A DNA stretch of 64,000 nt from an uncultured Spirochaetota bacterium (GCA_963783575.1 CAWAOD010000011.1:288001-352000), one strand, 5' to 3'. Shown: positions 19,920 to 30,668, numbered from the stretch's first letter. The notes: generated from the sequence alone by a model not told the origin. Translations and numbers: made by a program.

Positions 19920-21043
19920 TTATATAGCGTATAATACAGTATCGTAAATTTCATATTGATGATGTCTCAAATATAACTGATAATCAGGTCTTATTCTTAA
20001 TAACTGCAAAGGAAGTTCCCATAGATGATCTGCATTATGGTAAACCGATAAGGCTATTTTTGGCTTATCTCTTTTGATAATATTCTTAGCACCTTCTAAA
20101 ACTTCTGGTTCATAACCTTCTACATCAATCTTTATAGTTGTTACAAAGTCAGTATTTATTAAACTATCTAAGGTAATGATTTGGATTTTATTAGTCCCCT
20201 CTTTTACTATTGCAGAATCTTCTTGCCCGGATACTTCAAAATATACTTCGAGATTTTTTGATCCGGCACCTTTACATATTGTTACAATCTTATCCTTTAC
20301 TTCTTCTGGTATAATCTTTATTAAATTATTATAATTTATAGGGTCAGCTTCAATAGCATAATATTTATCAAAATTATATTTAGTGTGCTCAAAAAAGCTA
20401 AGCAATGAATCTCCATTATATGCACCAACGTCCACATATTTTTCATGAGAATCCAATTTCCAGAAATTTCCTGATGGATAATATTGATCGGATTCAACTT
20501 CGGGTAAATCTTTGGGGTCAAGAGTTATTCTAAATAGTAATAAATCAGTAAATAATTCTCTAGATTTATCATCAGTTAGCCTGACATAAACATCTTTTAT
20601 TTTCTGAATACTATTTTTCATGCTTTCAATAAAATTAAAATAAAATCTATTTGGAAATAATTCTGGAAAACATAACTTATTATGTAATGGGGTATAATGT
20701 TTATATAACCTAAACCTTTAAGTTGTTGACTGATTTCTTTGATGTATTTACTGGTTATGATAACAGGCAAATCTTTGAAATTTATGATATCATTAGGAGA
20801 TATAACAAGGATATCTTCGATAGTATACCCCCATAACTTATTGTTATTATCAGAAAACGCATTTATTTTTAGATTTAGTTTCTTGAAAATATTTAAAAAA
20901 TTCCGGCCTGTTTTTTGAGAACCAAATAATACCGCTTTGTCCAGAGATTGAATATTTTTGATATTATATTTTTTTTTAATAAACTCCTGGTGTATTTTAT
21001 TACTTTCTGGTAACTTAGCTAAAATTTCATTCAATAATTCCAT
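19920..21043 (-). pseudogene. FkbM-family methyltransferase split by a 1-nt frameshift (ORFs 20618..21043 and 19920..20621)
   Basis: VDVGAYNGD, IKIDVEGYE, SVYH, LRHH motifs; adding one T to the T4 run at 20667-20670 gives continuous YVFPELFPNRFYFNFIESMKNS. Confidence 0.75.
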
Positions 21044-21055
21044 AAATCCACCATA

Positions 21056-22639
21056 TTATATTTGTTGTTCAATCATTAATTTTGTTTCATTTGATATACA
21101 TTCTAAGGAAGTATATTTAGGATTAAATCCGTATTTTCCAGCTAATTTGTTGATTGAATAATAATTATCTTTTATTCCCGAGTTATTATTGATTTTCATA
21201 ATATTATCAATCGAATAAATTAAACTATAATTTTTTATAAAAAAATCAATGATTTCAAATTTTGTAATCGTTTTCATACTATACAAATCTAAAGCAATAT
21301 TAATATTTTTACTTTCAATTAACTTATCCACCATAAAAAAAAGGTCTTCAGGATGAACATAATCTCGAATGACATCATAGTTATTGGTCTTGAATTCTCT
21401 ATGATTCATAACGCAATCAATTATATCTGTCACTAAATAACCGGCGCCCAATTCAATAAAACGGCTGAAATATGAATAAATTCTTAAATCTACAATAGAT
21501 AGTTCCGGATAAGCTCGATGCTTTGCCTCAGCATTGATCTTGGCCAGGGAATAAAAATCTTTCTCATCGATATGATTTATATCAAGTTGTATTTTTGTCA
21601 ATTCGTTTACGGGATTTTTAAAATCCTTTCCAAAAACAGCACCGCTGCTAAAATTAATATATTTTGTTTCTCTATTTTTTTCGATATAATCAAGTATAAG
21701 ATTATCATAAGATTCAGTTAAGCGAAATATGTCTTTTAATATATTCCTTGATTTGTTTGGTGTTCCGATCCCAATACAATTAATTATAGTTTGATAATTA
21801 TCGTTATTGAGTTCATCAAAGTTTTTCTGTTCATAATTGATTTTCAGAGGAAGTGTTTTAATAAATTTTCTTACTTTTTGTGAATCTCTCGCATATAAAT
21901 GTAAGTTGTATTTTTTTGTTAAATCCAAAAAATAAATCAGACTTTTCGCAATATGCGAAGTAGCGCCAAAAATAGCTATTTTAGGTTTTACTGCCATATT
22001 TTCGATCTTTTTCAATTCCGGAATTGAACTTATATTCAAATCTGCGTTAGATTTAAGTAATTCTTCTCTTTTATCGTATCCAAATAAAACAGCAATAGTT
22101 CTCAAGCCATTTTCTTTACCTGCAATTATATCCGAAACAGAATCCCCAACCATTACAGCTTGTTTAGGATCAATTTTATATCTTTCAATCAATATTGAAA
22201 TCATTTCTTTTTTAGTAAAATTTCCAATATTTTTATCATCTGTATTAATAATATCTGTAAAATAACCCCGGACTTCCAACTTATCTAAAATCCGAAGCGT
22301 AGGTTCTTTTCTCTTACTGGTTGCTATATACAATTTACAATCGTTATTTGTTAAATACTTTAAAATATCCAAAACTCCCGGATATAAAGTTGTTTCCGGG
22401 TAATCTATATTATCGTAGACCTTTTTAAAAATAGACGAAATGTTCTTAATAATGTCATCATTAAAATGAGGTGAAAGATTTTTAATCATCTCTATAAGAG
22501 GAGGGCCTACTTTAATAAAATTAAGCCCTTCCGGTTCAGTTAATCCGGCTTCTCTATAAGCTTTACTTATACAATCTATAATATCTTTTTCTGAGTCAAT
22601 AATAGTTCCATCCAGATCAAAAATATAATGTTTTAACAT
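21056..22639 (-). CDS. HAD phosphatase fused to NAD-dependent epimerase/reductase (SDR)
   Basis: FDLDGT, ATSK, MVGDS in the N-half; IFGATSHIA, SSGAVFG, YSLAK, RDYVH in the C-half. Confidence 0.85.
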   Translation of the reverse strand: MLKHYIFDLDGTIIDSEKDIIDCISKAYREAGLTEPEGLNFIKVGPPLIEMIKNLSPHFNDDIIKNISSIFKKVYDNIDYPETTLYPGVLDILKYLTNNDCKLYIATSKRKEPTLRILDKLEVRGYFTDIINTDDKNIGNFTKKEMISILIERYKIDPKQAVMVGDSVSDIIAGKENGLRTIAVLFGYDKREELLKSNADLNISSIPELKKIENMAVKPKIAIFGATSHIAKSLIYFLDLTKKYNLHLYARDSQKVRKFIKTLPLKINYEQKNFDELNNDNYQTIINCIGIGTPNKSRNILKDIFRLTESYDNLILDYIEKNRETKYINFSSGAVFGKDFKNPVNELTKIQLDINHIDEKDFYSLAKINAEAKHRAYPELSIVDLRIYSYFSRFIELGAGYLVTDIIDCVMNHREFKTNNYDVIRDYVHPEDLFFMVDKLIESKNINIALDLYSMKTITKFEIIDFFIKNYSLIYSIDNIMKINNNSGIKDNYYSINKLAGKYGFNPKYTSLECISNETKLMIEQQI

Positions 22640-22680
22640 TTATACTATATACTCCCATTAATGTGATTTTAAATTAAATA

Positions 22681-23844
22681 CTATAATAATATTATGTCTG
22701 CTTTATAATTATATTTGTTCAATAGAAAATTCTTAATTTCATCACCATAAACTATACTGGAAATAAAGACTTTACAATCTTGGTTCTTTAAATAATCCGG
22801 ACTTTCTATTCTTTTATTTAACAATGATTTTCCTTTATTAGATTTATCTCTATCAACAAAACATCTTATATTAGCATTTTTAAGATTTGTATCCGCTAAT
22901 AATCTTGATGTCAGCGAACCTACTCCATAAACAATTATCTCATCTTTTTCTATTATTAATTTATCGATTATCTCACTTATTTTTTCTATTTGAGTTTTCG
23001 ATGATTTTATGTATTTCTTTATTTTAGATATCCCCACTTTATCTTTACAGTAAAAAGATTGTAACTTCTTCCCTTTTTTACAAATAATCAAAAGCTCATT
23101 TGTTTTGTAAAAATCAGTATAATAACTTTCATAATCAACAACTTTTAGTTTATATTTTAAAAACAAGTTTTTTATCACACGTATATTAAAAAAATTTATA
23201 TGTTCAATTGAAAATTCATGGAAAGGTTCTCTGGGCTGTAAATTAAAATTGTCTGTATCAGGAACTGCGAAATACATTAAGCCATCATCTTTCAATAAGT
23301 TTATTACCGACGGCAATAAAAAACCTATGTTATTTATATGTTCGAGAACTCCGGACATAATTATTAAATCAAATTTTTCATTTGTTTTAAAATCGCTTAT
23401 ATTAGAATTATCTACCTTAATTTTATGCTTTGCGAAAGCAATTTCAGAACAATCCTTAGAGGGATCAATTCCTAATAACTCGTTATATCCATTTACTTTA
23501 AATTCGTTCAATAAATCACCTGTTGAACATCCGATATCCAATATTTTTATATTGTTTAATTTTTGATTTTCTTTAAGATATTCACTTACAAAGTTAAAAC
23601 TTTTATTGTGAATTTTTCTCAAACCCTCAGGAATATTACCATTATCATATAGATATTTTTTATTTTCAAAATAATATTTATTGTAATCCTCTTGTGATAT
23701 GATATTATCAGCATATACAAAACCGCATTGTTTACAATTCACAATATTGTGTTTAATAATATCCTCAGCTTGAGGAATAAAATATTTTTGTTCCCACAAT
23801 AATTCTTTTTGTTCACTATCACATATTTCACATTTTCTTAACAT
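22681..23844 (-). CDS. Class I SAM-dependent methyltransferase with N-terminal Zn-ribbon (sugar C/O-methyltransferase-like)
   Basis: CEIC...CKQC, LDIGCSTG, VLEH, EHINFF, C-terminal YGVG domain. Confidence 0.8.
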   Translation of the reverse strand: MLRKCEICDSEQKELLWEQKYFIPQAEDIIKHNIVNCKQCGFVYADNIISQEDYNKYYFENKKYLYDNGNIPEGLRKIHNKSFNFVSEYLKENQKLNNIKILDIGCSTGDLLNEFKVNGYNELLGIDPSKDCSEIAFAKHKIKVDNSNISDFKTNEKFDLIIMSGVLEHINNIGFLLPSVINLLKDDGLMYFAVPDTDNFNLQPREPFHEFSIEHINFFNIRVIKNLFLKYKLKVVDYESYYTDFYKTNELLIICKKGKKLQSFYCKDKVGISKIKKYIKSSKTQIEKISEIIDKLIIEKDEIIVYGVGSLTSRLLADTNLKNANIRCFVDRDKSNKGKSLLNKRIESPDYLKNQDCKVFISSIVYGDEIKNFLLNKYNYKADIILL

Positions 23845-23862
23845 TATTTCTATGCTCCCAAA

Positions 23863-25662
23863 CTACTTCGTTTCTTCCAATACAGGAATAATCATGTTAT
23901 TTTTAAATTCTTCTCTATCTAAAAACGGCAATAAATCCTCCAACGGTTTTGAAACCATAGATCCATCTTTCTTAACCAGTGACGAAACTTTTGGAGCAAC
24001 TTGTTCATTTGGGTTAATCATCACTTCACAAATAACCGGGCCATCCGTTAAAAGAACTTTCTTAACTGTTTCTTTTAATTCATGATTCTTTGATATTTTA
24101 AAAGTTGTTACACCGTATGCGTTAGCAACACGGATAATACCAGGGAGTGTTAAACCGCTTGATGGATCTGAAGCCACCAAGTTGCCATTAAAATAATTCT
24201 TTTGAGTAGTTTTAATCGAGCCGTAACCGTCATTATTAAGGATAAAAAATTTTATCGGTAATTTTAACCTGGCTATAGTTTCCAAATCCTGAATATTTAA
24301 TTGAAAACCGCCATCTCCATTTGTACAAATCGTTTTTCTTTTATTACTGGCTAGGCAAGCACCTATTGTAGAAGGTAAGCCAAAACCCATAGCCCCTAAA
24401 CTGGGCGAATTTAAAACACGTTGCCCGGCTTTTATTCTAAAAGCTTGTAATGGGATATCGCTACAAGCACCTGAACTTCCGGGTACAAAAATATCAAATT
24501 CCGCCATTTCTTCAGATAAAACATCCACTAAAGCATAGGTGCTTACAAACTCTGTTTGGTTCCAATGTTCCTTTGTAATCACCGGATATTTATTGACCCA
24601 ATTTTTACATTTCGACAGCCATTCGGAACGATCCTTTCTTTCAACTGATAAAATCTTTTTTAACAATTCATTTATGAAATATCCTGCATCGGAACAAATC
24701 GGAATATCAATCTTAAACTTAAATTTACTAAGCTCCGCTTGATCAATATCAACAATAATTTTTTTAGCTTCTCTGGCAAAATTTTCATGAGAATATCCGA
24801 TTTGGCCAAAATCCAGTCTTGCTCCTATAGAAATTATCATATCGGCGTTTTGCTGTATAAAATTAGCGCCCCTTTGTCCGACTGAACCTGGCCGTCCAAA
24901 AAATAAGTCATGGTTTTCCGGCAATATATCAATAGCTTTCCATGTCGTTAAAACTGGGAATTTAAGCTTTTCAATAAGATCCAAAAAATTATTTTTTGAA
25001 TTAGCCAATTTTATACCGTATCCTGCAAGTATGACAGGCCTATGAGAGCGATTTAACAAATTAATAACATTAGAAATTTGGTTATCTGAATTATCAGCCG
25101 AAAGTTCTATTAAATCGAATGATTTCAATTGAGTTTCCTCGATCATACTGGCTTGAATATCGAGTGGTATATCAATCCATACCGGACCCGGTCTTCCATT
25201 TTTAGCAATATAAAAAGCTTTTTCTAAATGATATTTTATTTCTAGCGGATTAGTAACCGCAACTGCATACTTGGTAATTGGTTTAACGACTGAAACAATA
25301 TCAATCTCTTGAAACCCCAGCATTCTGATTCCTGATTTACCTGACATATCAGAAGTTTTTACCTGACCGGATATTATCAGTAAGGGAATCGAATCTGCCC
25401 AAGCTGCTGCTACGCCGGTAATAGCATTGGTTCCACCAGGCCCGGTTGTTACGAGTGCAATTCCTATGTTGTTATTGTATTGGGCATAGGCACCGGCGGC
25501 TATAGAAGCGGTTTGTTCATGTAAACAGCATATATAGTCCAATTCCTTATTTCTACCAAGTGAATCTATTAAATGCATGCATCCACCGCCTGAAAGTGTA
25601 AACACATGCTTTACTTTCTGTTTTACTAAAAACTTCATAACGTAATCTGATAACTTTGTCAT
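23863..25662 (-). CDS. ThDP-dependent acetolactate-synthase-like enzyme (YerE-like carboligase)
   Basis: GGGCMHL, HEQ, TTGPGGTN, GRPGPVWIDIPLD, GDGG...NN ThDP motif; located in a sugar operon with no ilvN nearby. Confidence 0.88.
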   Translation of the reverse strand: MTKLSDYVMKFLVKQKVKHVFTLSGGGCMHLIDSLGRNKELDYICCLHEQTASIAAGAYAQYNNNIGIALVTTGPGGTNAITGVAAAWADSIPLLIISGQVKTSDMSGKSGIRMLGFQEIDIVSVVKPITKYAVAVTNPLEIKYHLEKAFYIAKNGRPGPVWIDIPLDIQASMIEETQLKSFDLIELSADNSDNQISNVINLLNRSHRPVILAGYGIKLANSKNNFLDLIEKLKFPVLTTWKAIDILPENHDLFFGRPGSVGQRGANFIQQNADMIISIGARLDFGQIGYSHENFAREAKKIIVDIDQAELSKFKFKIDIPICSDAGYFINELLKKILSVERKDRSEWLSKCKNWVNKYPVITKEHWNQTEFVSTYALVDVLSEEMAEFDIFVPGSSGACSDIPLQAFRIKAGQRVLNSPSLGAMGFGLPSTIGACLASNKRKTICTNGDGGFQLNIQDLETIARLKLPIKFFILNNDGYGSIKTTQKNYFNGNLVASDPSSGLTLPGIIRVANAYGVTTFKISKNHELKETVKKVLLTDGPVICEVMINPNEQVAPKVSSLVKKDGSMVSKPLEDLLPFLDREEFKNNMIIPVLEETK

Positions 25663-25687
25663 ATCATCCCCAAAAAAATAATAATTT

Positions 25688-27211
25688 TTACTTAGAGTTA
25701 TTCCAATCTGGCCAGTATGTCAATTCGGTTTTTCGATTTAAGTTATTGGATACTTCCTCTTCATAATAAGAATCTCCTTTTACATAGGTTGTCGAAATCT
25801 CTTCAAATATAACACCAGTGGTTGATGTAAAAGAATGCTCCATTTCCCTTTCAATTGAAAGAATATCTCCAGCTTTAAGCGATTTTACTTCACCTTTTAT
25901 AGTAACTAACAATTCTCCATATAATATATGTAAAGTTTCTTCCTTCATTTTATGCTTATGGTTGGGGTATTTCTGATTAGGAAAAAGTACAATTAACATC
26001 TTACAATATTCGCGGTTTATAATATTTATTAAAACAGCGCCCCACTCATAAAATTTATCAAAGCCATAATGATACGATATCATTACGTCAACCTGGTTGG
26101 GAATCATTATTTTAGCTTTATTCAACATCTTCTGAACATTTTTTGTGATTTTTGCTATTTCACTTCTTAAAAGAACAAAAGACACGTCATCCCATAAAAT
26201 TGCTCCATTTTTTTCTATATCTTTTTTAAGGGTCAATTCGAGATATTTTGAAAATTCATTCGCGACAATTTGTTTTTCAATGTTTGGCATAGCAAAGAAT
26301 ATATCTTCTTGTGATAATTTTTCACCCGCTTTCATAGATCGTTTCAGATACATGCCTCTATGGAGATCTCTTAAGTCTTGTTTTTCTTTATTACTGCATT
26401 CATATCTTTTATCTTTAATTCCGCACATTTCATAAGCAGACAGTGCTGAATTCAGCCATTTTTTATATTGTTCCGGAGTTGCGGAATAAGCATTCAAATC
26501 ATACTTATCCGTTTTTAAACCTATATGCTTCTCAAACATAGCAGAACCTTTTGCGACTGCTATTTTTATAGAATCCAGATTGTCCGGTGATTCATGGGTT
26601 GAAAATCCGATAGGAACTCCTTCATAACGTTTCTTTAAAAAATCAATCTGGTTTAATTGTAAATGAGCATTGCTTGTAGGATATTCACCTACACAATGCA
26701 TTAATGCAAAATGCTTCTTTCTATGCTGAAAAAATGATACTACCTTATCAATTTCTTCAAGTTTTGCTCCTGCTGTAGAAGCTATAATCGGCATACCGGT
26801 CTGAACTACTTTCTCCAATAAAGGCCAATCATTAAAATAGCAGCTTGGAATTTTTATGATATCATATTGATTCTTTTCTATCGACGCTACCGATTTTTCA
26901 TCAAAAGGCGTGCACATGGTAATAAAACCAAGCTTTTCAGCTTCATCTTTAAGTATTTTATACTGATTGTCAGTTAACATTGTTTCGGTAAATCTTTTAA
27001 TAAGTTTTATATCTTTACTATTAACAAAATCAGGATGTACAAATGTATCAATATACCTATATTGAAATTTTATTGAAAACTGAAATGAAAAATTTTTGGT
27101 TACCTCGTGAAAGGAGCGAATTATATTCAGCCCATGCTCAACATCTCCTTGATGATTATTTGCCATTTCCAAAATAAATAAATTATCAAAAGTAATATTT
27201 TTTTTCAACAT
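25688..27211 (-). CDS. NeuB-family PEP-condensing synthase with SAF/AFP-like and C-terminal cupin domains
   Basis: EMANNHQG, KFQ, TPFD, HCVGEYPT, GFSTHE, EKH; C-terminal P.HKHKMKEET...HSF...FEEIST cupin. Confidence 0.85.
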   Translation of the reverse strand: MLKKNITFDNLFILEMANNHQGDVEHGLNIIRSFHEVTKNFSFQFSIKFQYRYIDTFVHPDFVNSKDIKLIKRFTETMLTDNQYKILKDEAEKLGFITMCTPFDEKSVASIEKNQYDIIKIPSCYFNDWPLLEKVVQTGMPIIASTAGAKLEEIDKVVSFFQHRKKHFALMHCVGEYPTSNAHLQLNQIDFLKKRYEGVPIGFSTHESPDNLDSIKIAVAKGSAMFEKHIGLKTDKYDLNAYSATPEQYKKWLNSALSAYEMCGIKDKRYECSNKEKQDLRDLHRGMYLKRSMKAGEKLSQEDIFFAMPNIEKQIVANEFSKYLELTLKKDIEKNGAILWDDVSFVLLRSEIAKITKNVQKMLNKAKIMIPNQVDVMISYHYGFDKFYEWGAVLINIINREYCKMLIVLFPNQKYPNHKHKMKEETLHILYGELLVTIKGEVKSLKAGDILSIEREMEHSFTSTTGVIFEEISTTYVKGDSYYEEEVSNNLNRKTELTYWPDWNNSK

Positions 27212-27259
27212 AGAATACTCCTTAATTTAAATAAAATTTATTTATTAATAAAAATTTAA

Positions 27260-27358
27260 CAAGCGGGCCGCTTGACCCGGTTTAATTCCTCAAAGGTTGC
27301 TTCGATTCCTATAGTGTATCAGCGTAATACCCCGCTGCTTGCTGCGGGGTAGTTTATT
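27260..27358. repeat. GC-rich palindromes resembling IS200/IS605- or REP-type ends
   Basis: CAAGCGG-G-CCGCTTG (27260-27274) and TACCCCGC-N8-GCGGGGTA (27328-27351) in AT-rich intergenic DNA. Confidence 0.6.
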
Positions 27359-27375
27359 AAACGGCCCACTATTAG

Positions 27376-28065
27376 TCATTCCCAGTCATCTGTCCTTATA
27401 AATTCCGGATTAACACCTTTCTCAGCCAGATAATTTTTGAAATTTTTAATCATAACCGGAGGGCCGGAAATGAAATAGGTGGAATCCGGGACGTTTTCTT
27501 CAAAGATCTTTTTTATATCAAGCATACCTTCGTTATCCTGATAAATAATTTTTGTTATCAGTGAATTATTGATAGATTTTGCTTTATCGATTTCAGATGT
27601 ATAAATATTGTGGTTTTTATCTCTAACACCGAGGTATAATTTTGGATTAATATAAAAACTGAAATTGTTGCTTGTAAATAGTGAGAGAAAAGGAGTTATT
27701 CCTGTGCCGCCGGCGATAAAAACAGTGTTTTCTTTTGAGTGGGATTTTATAAAAAGTTCGCCGTAAGGTAATTTTAAATAAAGATGTTTTCCAGGCTGAA
27801 GTTCCCTGGACATTCTTCCGGTAAACCGGCCTTTAACCGAGTAAGTGATTTTTAAAAAAATTTCCTCGCAGCATGTCTGCATGGAAAAGCATCGGGATTC
27901 CGGCCAAGGATCGGAAGGGTTGTAATCATCGAGGGCCAGATGAAGGAATTGCCCCGGAAGATATTTATAAGGTTTATCAAGGCTTTTAAAAGACACCACA
28001 TAAATATCGTTAACAGGGCTTTCAATTTTATGAACTTCGGATTTGTATTTCTTAACAATCGCCAT
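27376..28065 (-). CDS. FNR-like FAD/NAD(P)H oxidoreductase (probable RfbH partner reductase)
   Basis: PGQF, RCFS, LPYG, IAGGTGITPF, SGPPVM; no [2Fe-2S] Cys motif. Confidence 0.8.
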   Translation of the reverse strand: MAIVKKYKSEVHKIESPVNDIYVVSFKSLDKPYKYLPGQFLHLALDDYNPSDPWPESRCFSMQTCCEEIFLKITYSVKGRFTGRMSRELQPGKHLYLKLPYGELFIKSHSKENTVFIAGGTGITPFLSLFTSNNFSFYINPKLYLGVRDKNHNIYTSEIDKAKSINNSLITKIIYQDNEGMLDIKKIFEENVPDSTYFISGPPVMIKNFKNYLAEKGVNPEFIRTDDWE

Positions 28066-28082
28066 TTACCGATCCCTGACTT

Positions 28083-29384
28083 TTATTTGTAATTTGCCAT
28101 AAAGGCATCTAAAACCGATTCAATATATTGAAGCATCTCATCCGTAAGACCCGGATATGTGCCGAGGAAAAATGTATTGTTCATTATAAAATCCGTATTA
28201 TTTAAATTATCGGCGATTCTATAATTCAAACCCTCAAAGCAGGGCTGGCGGGTTATATTGCCTGCGAATAAATAGCGGGTTTCAATCAGATTATCGTTCA
28301 GATGCTTTACCAGGTCATTTCTTTTAAACTGCGTGTTGTTTTTTACGGTGATAATATAGGCAAACCATGCGGGGTCTGCGTCTCTGGTCGCTTGGGGCAG
28401 AATAAAATACGGCGAGTACTTTGAAAAAATTTTCTGATATGTTTTAAAATTCTTTTTCCTTTTTTCACAGAAAGCTTCAAGCTTATCCATTTGGGCGCTT
28501 CCGATCGCTGCCTGCATATCGGTCATTTTTAAATTGTAACCGATTTCGGAATACACATATTTGTGATCGTAACCGGCAGGCAATGTTCCGAACTGCTGTG
28601 TAAAACGTTTTCCGCAGGTATTGTTCTCGCCGCTGCTGCAGTAGCAGTCCCTTCCCCAATCCCTGAAAGATTTAATTATCTTTGCCAGCTCTTCATCATT
28701 GGTAATTACCGCTCCGCCTTCTCCTGTGGTAATATGGTGCGCGGGATAGAACGATAATGTGGCAATGTGTCCGAATGTGCCGGTATAGTGGTCTTTGTAT
28801 TTGCTTCCGAAAGCGTCGCAATTATCCTCAATAAGCCACAAATCATGCTTATCGCATATTTCAAGGATTTTTTCCACATCAAAAGGGTTGCCTAGAGTAT
28901 GGGCAATAAAGATGCATCGTGTTTTGGGAGTTATTGCTTTTTCAAGCATTTCTATATCGATATTGTAAGTTTTTAAGTTTACATCCACAAAAACAGGTAT
29001 AAGCCCGTTCTGAATAATAGGAGTAACGGTTGCCGGAAAACCGGCTGCGACGGATAAAACTTCATCACCGGGTAAAAGCCTTTTTTTGCCGAGCTTTTTC
29101 GAGGTTAGGGCTGAAAAAGCCAGTAAATTGGACGATGAACCCGAATTTGTAAGAAGGACATTTGTAACCCCAAGAAAATCGGCGATTTTTTCTGAGAACT
29201 CTTCCGCGAACCTTCCTTCGGTAAGCCAAAAATCCATGCTTGCCTCTACTAACTTGATTATCTCACTTTCATCAAAAACCCTGCCTGCGTAACGGACTGT
29301 ATCAACCCCAGGAGTAAATTTTTTATTTTTAAGTTTATCTTCATAATTTTTTATTATTAAGCCGGTCAATTCCTGATTCAGCAT
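28083..29384 (-). CDS. rfbH: CDP-4-keto-6-deoxyglucose 3-dehydrase (E1, DdhC)
   Basis: SFYPAHHITTGEGG (His in place of the PLP Lys), RDWGRDCYC...NTC, YDHKY. Confidence 0.95.
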   Translation of the reverse strand: MLNQELTGLIIKNYEDKLKNKKFTPGVDTVRYAGRVFDESEIIKLVEASMDFWLTEGRFAEEFSEKIADFLGVTNVLLTNSGSSSNLLAFSALTSKKLGKKRLLPGDEVLSVAAGFPATVTPIIQNGLIPVFVDVNLKTYNIDIEMLEKAITPKTRCIFIAHTLGNPFDVEKILEICDKHDLWLIEDNCDAFGSKYKDHYTGTFGHIATLSFYPAHHITTGEGGAVITNDEELAKIIKSFRDWGRDCYCSSGENNTCGKRFTQQFGTLPAGYDHKYVYSEIGYNLKMTDMQAAIGSAQMDKLEAFCEKRKKNFKTYQKIFSKYSPYFILPQATRDADPAWFAYIITVKNNTQFKRNDLVKHLNDNLIETRYLFAGNITRQPCFEGLNYRIADNLNNTDFIMNNTFFLGTYPGLTDEMLQYIESVLDAFMANYK

Positions 29385-29393
29385 GAATTCCTC

Positions 29394-30518
29394 CTATCGA
29401 TCCTTTGCCCAGGTTTCGTTAATGTATTGAGCCTTTTTAACGTATTGATTGATTTGATTAACAGTAAATTGATACATATCAGGTATCCGGTCGGCCGGTT
29501 TTGATCTTTCATAAAATTCCCGGTACCAGTGCACAGTTTCCCCGATAGCTTCTTTTATTCCGTAAACCGGCCGCCATTTTAATAATGATTGAGCTTTACT
29601 GATATCAAGCTTTAAAAGACCGGCTTCGTGCGGTTGTTTGTCAGGGTTTAATCTCTTTTCTCCTTTTCCCCATAACCTGATAACTTCATCGACAACTTCC
29701 TCAACAGAAATAACGCTTTCATCATAAGGCCCGAAATTCCAGCCTTCGCTGTATGATGTGCCGTTCTTCATCATCAAAGCTCCCAGCCATATATACCCGG
29801 CCAGCGGTTCAAGGACATGCTGCCAGGGACGGGTTGATTTAGGATTGCGCAAGACAATCGGATTATTTTCGGAAACCGCACGGACGCAATCGGGAATTAA
29901 CCGGTCCTCGGCCCAATCTCCACCTCCGATCACATTCCCTGCCCTGACCGATGCAAGAGAAATATGATGGCTTTTTCCATAATCATTTTTATTGAAATAG
30001 GAATTACGGTAAGCCGACACGATAAGCTCCGCACAGGCTTTACTTGAGCTGTATGGATCGTAGCCGCCGAGAGGATCTGTTTCCCTGTAACCGTAAATCC
30101 ATTCCCTGTTTTCGTAGCACTTATCTGTTGTAATGACAATGCAGGCTTTAACGGAATCGCAATTACGGACTGTTTCAAGAATATTCAGCGTACCTATGGC
30201 GTTTGTTTCATAAGTCTCTTTTGGTAAATCATAAGACTGCCTGACTAAAGGCTGTGCAGCTAAATGAAAAACAACTTCAGGCTGTGTGTCATGAAAAACC
30301 TTAAATAAGTTTCGATCATCAAGAATGTTACCTTCGTGGTGACGGATTTGATCTTTTAATTTTAATGATTCGAACATATTCGGCTTTGTGGGAGGGGCAA
30401 GAGAATAACCGGTTACAACAGCCCCCATTTCTTTCAGCCAGATTGATAACCAGCTTCCTTTAAAACCGGTATGTCCGGTTATAAGTACTTTTTTATTTTT
30501 GTATGAATTATTAAACAT
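29394..30518 (-). CDS. rfbG: CDP-glucose 4,6-dehydratase
   Basis: TGHTGFKGSWL, TTDKCY, DPYSSSK, RAGNVIGGGDW, RPWQHVLEPL. Confidence 0.97.
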   Translation of the reverse strand: MFNNSYKNKKVLITGHTGFKGSWLSIWLKEMGAVVTGYSLAPPTKPNMFESLKLKDQIRHHEGNILDDRNLFKVFHDTQPEVVFHLAAQPLVRQSYDLPKETYETNAIGTLNILETVRNCDSVKACIVITTDKCYENREWIYGYRETDPLGGYDPYSSSKACAELIVSAYRNSYFNKNDYGKSHHISLASVRAGNVIGGGDWAEDRLIPDCVRAVSENNPIVLRNPKSTRPWQHVLEPLAGYIWLGALMMKNGTSYSEGWNFGPYDESVISVEEVVDEVIRLWGKGEKRLNPDKQPHEAGLLKLDISKAQSLLKWRPVYGIKEAIGETVHWYREFYERSKPADRIPDMYQFTVNQINQYVKKAQYINETWAKDR

Positions 30519-30639
30519 ATTAAGCCCAGACCCCTTAAATATTACCAGTTATCCGCGATCTTATTACAAAACTCTATATTTTACGAACGCTTATAATTAT
30601 AGCATTATAACTGATCAATATATAAAACAAACAGGTAAT

Positions 30640-30668
30640 ATTTTATAATATTAAATATTATTTATCAA
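30640..30668 (-). promoter_or_regulatory. Possible internal sigma70 promoter for rfbG
   Basis: TTGATA-N17-TAAAAT on the minus strand. Confidence 0.5.

Noticed and set aside
23863..25662. ilvB for branched-chain amino acid synthesis
   Set aside because: No regulatory subunit or other ilv genes; embedded in a sugar operon
25688..27211. Sialic/legionaminic/pseudaminic acid pathway
   Set aside because: No CMP-transferase, NeuC or aminotransferase genes in the window; extra cupin domain and CDP-sugar context
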